UHGV virus genome: UHGV-0142951
From: a virus
Direction: 5' to 3' (one strand)
DNA: 21,565 nucleotides
The notes below the pieces were generated by a model, which made no database searches, was not told the DNA's origin, and was given only the letters and a program-made list of their open reading frames with translations. The stretch's first letter is position 1; each line of letters begins with the position of its first letter. Shown here piece after piece: positions 18,527 through 21,565 of the stretch. The translations under genes and the position numbers were made by a program.

Positions 18527-19063
18527 TCAAACAACCCACCAGTTTGCCTGATTGGATACCAGCCTTGCAGTTTTTATGGAATTAATTATGCCATGCTCAA
18601 GAGCCTTGTTAGCATCCAAAATGGTCGAGTCTGCTATCAGGGATGCCCACCTAATATGGGTTCCGATGTCGATATTGAACGTCTCAACGAAGCGATCAAG
18701 ATCGTTATCGAGGCATTTCCCGTACTCTCTCAATCTGGCATGGTCGGCGGCTGGGGAGGCAAAGCACCATAATAGAGGATGTAACAGGAATCTTGATAAT
18801 GGGTTTGCGAAACGTTCTGAGCCAGCCAGGAAAACGATATTAGCTATGGATTCAACATTGCTTATGTTGTGAGTTCTAACGGTAACAGGGAGTGACTTAA
18901 GAAAGTTATACGCAGTAAAGCCAGCGGCAGTTTCCCCTCCCTGACTTGATATATGGATATTTAATTCAGTTGCGCCTTGAGATAATGCGGTGAGACAGTG
19001 GTTCTGAAGTTGCCCAACAGTGGCAGTGTTAACGGGGCATAAGAAATGAATTGTGTGCAGCAT
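18527..19063 (-). CDS. ClpP-fold (S14-like) serine peptidase, 178 aa, translationally coupled to the upstream Mnt-like gene
   Basis: ORF track 18527..19063. Hand alignment to recalled E. coli ClpP: ISSQGGETAAG vs INSPGGVITAG; Ser72 (VESIA) aligns with the ClpP catalytic Ser (GQAASMG); RFANPLSRFLLHP vs RFCLPNSRVMIHQP places His95 at the catalytic His; C-terminal ALEHGIINSI vs AVEYGLVDSI with Asp145/Asp150 nearby. Start ATG overlaps the upstream stop by 1 nt (TAATG). AAGGA RBS lies inside the upstream gene. Confidence 0.65.
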   Translation of the reverse strand: MLHTIHFLCPVNTATVGQLQNHCLTALSQGATELNIHISSQGGETAAGFTAYNFLKSLPVTVRTHNISNVESIANIVFLAGSERFANPLSRFLLHPLLWCFASPAADHARLREYGKCLDNDLDRFVETFNIDIGTHIRWASLIADSTILDANKALEHGIINSIKTARLVSNQANWWVV

Positions 19064-19314
19064 TATTTTTCATCCTTAGCATACATGGTCTTTAGCGTCT
19101 CAACATCGTGTTCAAGATCTATCAATCGTGATGCTATAGTTGCAAGGTCTAGTGCTTGAATGTGTTTATTTTTTTCTGTCCACGCTTCAAGTGCCGCGAC
19201 CATCTCAGCATTTAATGAACGAGAATTAGCCTCAGCCAGTTCAATAAGACGTTCCTTTATCTCTACAGGAAGCCTCAGATTCACTTGAGGGTTTTTGTAC
19301 TTACGATCAGACAT
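19063..19314 (-). CDS. mnt: Mnt-like ribbon-helix-helix repressor, 83 aa
   Basis: Track ORF 19063..19320 begins at a GTG; preferred ATG 19312-19314 with AGGA 7 nt upstream. NPQVNLRLPVEIKERLIELAEANSRSLNAEMV resembles recalled P22 Mnt (DPHFNFRMPMEVREKLKFRAEANGRSMNSELL). C-terminal helix ...VETLKTMYAKDEK. Confidence 0.7.
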   Translation of the reverse strand: MSDRKYKNPQVNLRLPVEIKERLIELAEANSRSLNAEMVAALEAWTEKNKHIQALDLATIASRLIDLEHDVETLKTMYAKDEK

Positions 19315-19331
19315 CGGCACATCCTGAATAA

Positions 19332-19571
19332 TTATTTACCATACATGGTCTTTAGCGTCTCAAGTAGCGCCTCTTTGAATTTATCAGCTTCTTGGTTAGC
19401 GAATCCTTCAAGTGAGCGAGAGCCATCAAGATTATCAACATGTTTTTGAAGGATAAGCACGATCTCTGAGTTCATTGATCTGCCGTTTTTATCCGCTTCT
19501 TGCTGAATGCGTTTCTTTAAATAGTCTGGAATCCTAATCCCCAATGGACTGATATCTCTTGCACCTTTCAT
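19332..19571 (-). CDS. Second RHH repressor paralog, 79 aa (Arc-like N-terminus MKG..., Mnt-like C-terminal extension)
   Basis: Internal ATG (19569-19571) of track ORF 19332..19613 with GGAGGAGAA directly upstream. ISPLGIRIPDYLKKRIQQEADKNGRSMNSEIV is an RHH fold; C-terminus ...LLETLKTMYGK. Occupies the mnt position beside the divergent promoter region. Confidence 0.7.
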   Translation of the reverse strand: MKGARDISPLGIRIPDYLKKRIQQEADKNGRSMNSEIVLILQKHVDNLDGSRSLEGFANQEADKFKEALLETLKTMYGK

Positions 19572-19596
19572 TTCTCCTCCTGCACGCTGTGCATAG

Positions 19597-19666
19597 CTAC
19601 ACAGTGTAGGCAAAAAAATTTTGACTTTAAATAAACACGGTGTAGTATTTAGTTATCACGGTGTAG
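19597..19666. promoter_or_regulatory. Candidate operator cluster in the divergent mnt/arc control region
   Basis: Near-perfect palindrome CTACACAGTGTAG (19597-19609) plus two direct copies of CACGGTGTAG (19636-19645 and 19657-19666) spaced 21 bp apart. Four TGTAG/CTACA half-sites within about 70 bp between divergent RHH genes. Confidence 0.45.
19621..19648 (+). promoter_or_regulatory. Candidate Pant-like sigma70 promoter driving the arc-like and ant genes
   Basis: TTGACT (19621-19626), 16-nt spacer, TAGTAT (19643-19648). Overlapped by the CACGGTGTAG repeats. About 30 nt upstream of the arc-like RBS AAGGGGA. Confidence 0.4.
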
Positions 19667-19679
19667 CAAGCAAGGGGAA

Positions 19680-19820
19680 ATGAAAGTTAGAGACATCGCT
19701 CCATTAGGGATTCGTATCCCGCCAGAGATTAAAGAAAAATTGAAGGAAAAGGCTAAGGAGGAGGGCAGGTCTTTAAATTCAGAAATAGTGCAGCGTCTTA
19801 TTCGCAGCCTAAAAAGTTGA
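19680..19820 (+). CDS. arc: Arc-like ribbon-helix-helix repressor, 46 aa (below the ORF-track size cutoff)
   Basis: ATG 19680 with AAGGGGA upstream; stop TGA 19818-19820. My translation: MKVRDIAPLGIRIPPEIKEKLKEKAKEEGRSLNSEIVQRLIRSLKS, an RHH fold (beta strand then ..GRSLNSEI.. helix) as in recalled P22 Arc. Position immediately upstream of ant as in P22 immI. Confidence 0.7.
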   Translation: MKVRDIAPLGIRIPPEIKEKLKEKAKEEGRSLNSEIVQRLIRSLKS

Positions 19821-19884
19821 AGCCCCAACTGCGGGAACAGTCAGGGCTTCGGTATCGTAAAACCACGCATAGGAATTAACGACA
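19811..19884 (-). ncRNA. Candidate sar-like antisense RNA covering the ant ribosome-binding site
   Basis: Minus-strand promoter-like TTGATT (plus 19913-19918), 17 nt, TACACT (plus 19890-19895) inside the first ant codons. Minus-strand hairpin (7-bp stem 19819-19825 / 19844-19850 with inner 4-bp stem) followed by AAC then a U5 run (plus A-run 19811-19815). Predicted RNA of about 70 nt, complementary to the ant SD and start, analogous to P22 sar. Confidence 0.3.
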
Positions 19885-20807
19885 TGACGAGTGTAGCAAT
19901 TGCAGAACATACAATCAACGTTCCATTCCACGGAACAAATCTCTTTTTGGTCAGCATTAACAATGAACCTTACGTTCCTATGAAACCCGTTGTAGAAGGC
20001 ATGGGTATGGTTTGGGCTGCTCAATTTGTTAAATTAAAACAGAGATTTGTCAAAGGTATTTCGGAAATCGAAATACCTTCTGCTGGCGGTAAACAGTTAA
20101 TGATATGCCTTGCCTTTCGTAAGTTTGCGGCTTGGCTTTCAAGCATTCAGCCAAACAAAGTCCGCCCTGAAATCCGCGACAAGGTAATCCAGTATCAGGA
20201 AGAGTGTGACGATGTGCTCTACGAATACTGGACTAAAGGCCATGTAGTTAACCCGCGCAAAGCTAAAAAGGCATTGCCGGGGAAAATCACCACTGAACAG
20301 CAGGAAGCCATTAAACAACTCGTCATGAGTCGCGGTCAGTCTCTTCCAAAAGAAAAACAGGCTAAGGCGATGATCACCATGTGGTCGTCACTGAAATCCC
20401 ATTTTGGATGTTCGTACAAAGAGATCAGTGAGGAGCAGTTTACCGAAGCACTATCACTTGCAGCTCGAGTTCCACTTGAAGGTGAGTTCATTGGCAAACA
20501 AGAGAAGAAAGCAAACGAGCTTTCTGCAAAAGAAGCAAACAGCCTTGTATGGTTATGGGATTATGCCAACCGCTCACAGGCATTATTCCGCGAACTGTAT
20601 CCGGCGCTAAAACAAATTCAATCGAACTATTCCGGCAGATGTCATGACTGCGGTTATGAGTTCTCCCGTATTATCGATATGGCGAGAGATGTTTTAATCA
20701 ACCATACACGAGATGTTGATATTAATGAGCCAGACGGACCAACGAATCTTTCCGCATGGATGAGACTTAAGAATAAAGAATTACCTCCTTCAGTACATAA
20801 CTACTGA
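19884..20807 (+). CDS. ant: Antirepressor (P22 Ant-like)
   Basis: ORF track 19884..20807, 307 aa. AGGA 8 nt upstream; directly downstream of the arc-like gene and followed by a terminator, as in P22 immI. N-terminal region (VPFHGTNLFLVSINNEPYVPMKPVVEGMGMVWAAQ) is consistent with the P22 antirepressor N-terminal domain as recalled. Confidence 0.65.
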   Translation: MTSVAIAEHTINVPFHGTNLFLVSINNEPYVPMKPVVEGMGMVWAAQFVKLKQRFVKGISEIEIPSAGGKQLMICLAFRKFAAWLSSIQPNKVRPEIRDKVIQYQEECDDVLYEYWTKGHVVNPRKAKKALPGKITTEQQEAIKQLVMSRGQSLPKEKQAKAMITMWSSLKSHFGCSYKEISEEQFTEALSLAARVPLEGEFIGKQEKKANELSAKEANSLVWLWDYANRSQALFRELYPALKQIQSNYSGRCHDCGYEFSRIIDMARDVLINHTRDVDINEPDGPTNLSAWMRLKNKELPPSVHNY

Positions 20808-20825
20808 CAGATAACCAACGCAACG

Positions 20826-20849
20826 ACCCAGCTTCGGCTGGGTTTTTTT
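20826..20849 (+). terminator. Rho-independent terminator after ant
   Basis: Stem ACCCAGC (20826-20832) / GCTGGGT (20837-20843) with TTCG tetraloop, then a T7 run (20843-20849). Confidence 0.8.
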
Positions 20850-20907
20850 ATGCCCAAAATTCACCGTAGCCATGCTGCGGCGATTCCTTGTATCTGGAGC
20901 AAATTAA

Positions 20908-21565
20908 ATGACAGATATCACCGCAAATGTTGTGGTAAGCATGCCTTCGCAACTCTTCACTATGGCGCGTTCTTTTAAAGCTGTAGCCAATGGCAAAATT
21001 TATATCGGTAAAATTGACACTGACCCGGTAAATCCTGAAAACCAGATTCAGGCTTATGTGGAGAACGAAGACGGCTCTCACGTTCCTGTTTCGCAACCAA
21101 TCATCATTAACGCTGCTGGATATCCGGTATATAACGGACAGATTGCCAAGTTCGTTACCGTGCAAGGCCATTCTATGGCTGTTTATGATGCGTATGGTGC
21201 GCAGCAGTTCTATTTTCCTAATGTGCTGAAGTATGACCCTGATCAACTACGGCAGCAATTAGAAGACCCAGATGGAGCGAATAAATACCCAAAACTTCAG
21301 ATAGCAAGATGGAGAGACAGTTATGATGTAAGAGGTTGGGGGGCTATTGGTGATGGTGTTCATGATGATACATCAGCTCTATCAGAATTACTTTCTGTTG
21401 CAACAGGTGGTGAAAAGATAGATGGGCGAGGGCTTACTTTTAAAGTATCAACTCTTCCAGATGTCAGTCGATTTAAAAATGCTCGTTTTTTATTTGAGAG
21501 AATACCGGGTCAGCCTCTTTTTTATGCTTCTGAAGATTTTATCCAGGGAGAGTTATTTAAAATTA
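20908..21565 (+). CDS. Tailspike protein, N-terminal part (conserved P22-type head-binding domain, then the start of a divergent receptor-binding domain); truncated by the window end
   Basis: ATG 20908 with GGAG 8 nt upstream. My translation [59 protein letters not shown]...[31 protein letters not shown] matches the recalled P22 gp9 head-binding domain. Downstream sequence ([24 protein letters not shown]) resembles the start of a pectate-lyase-type beta helix. Not in the ORF track because it has no stop within the window. Confidence 0.9.
   Translation, partial: MTDITANVVVSMPSQLFTMARSFKAVANGKIYIGKIDTDPVNPENQIQAYVENEDGSHVPVSQPIIINAAGYPVYNGQIAKFVTVQGHSMAVYDAYGAQQFYFPNVLKYDPDQLRQQLEDPDGANKYPKLQIARWRDSYDVRGWGAIGDGVHDDTSALSELLSVATGGEKIDGRGLTFKVSTLPDVSRFKNARFLFERIPGQPLFYASEDFIQGELFKI

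Noticed and set aside
18485-18872. Plus-strand ORFs 18485..18772 and 18552..18872 overlapping the ClpP-like gene
   Set aside because: Antisense to an ORF with a recognisable protease core and translational coupling; no RBS; composition consistent with a shadow ORF.
19636-19666. Direct repeats considered as a possible CRISPR array
   Set aside because: Only two 10-bp copies with a 11-bp spacer, embedded in a promoter region between regulators; far too short and few for CRISPR. Interpreted as operator sites.
20848-21246. Minus-strand 132-aa ORF
   Set aside because: Antisense to the highly conserved tailspike head-binding domain coding sequence; the + strand gene is unambiguous.
1-21565. Integrase/attP, insertion sequences, transposase genes
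   Set aside because: No integrase- or transposase-like ORF and no terminal inverted repeats flanking the cargo block; the insertion seems to be by recombination between mnt alleles rather than a discrete mobile element.

Overview
This 21.6 kb window reads as the late region of a P22-like tailed phage or prophage (Sf6/HK620/CUS-3 type, enterobacterial host), almost entirely on the + strand. In order: pinholin-type holin, SAR endolysin, Rz/Rz1 spanins, a Rha-family gene, two small conserved ORFs, small and large terminase, portal, scaffold, coat, gp4-like adaptor, gp10-like hub, gp26-like tail needle, gp14-like protein and three ejection proteins (gp7/gp20/gp16-like). From about 16.85 to 19.3 kb sits a lower-GC accessory block of mixed-orientation small genes (lipoprotein, HExxH metallopeptidase-like protein, small basic protein, coiled-coil protein, ClpP-fold serine peptidase) embedded in an immI-like region (two Mnt-like RHH genes, an Arc-like RHH gene, Ant antirepressor). 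The window ends inside the conserved head-binding N-terminus of the tailspike. The two most notable observations are: (1) a 3' remnant of an mnt gene lies in frame directly behind the lipoprotein gene, marking the accessory block as an insertion; (2) the cargo includes a ClpP-like peptidase translationally coupled to a Mnt-like repressor, which I do not recognise as a described system. All family assignments come from reading the translations (motifs, hand alignment, recalled homolog sequences); no database search or folding program was run, and GC values are by-eye estimates.
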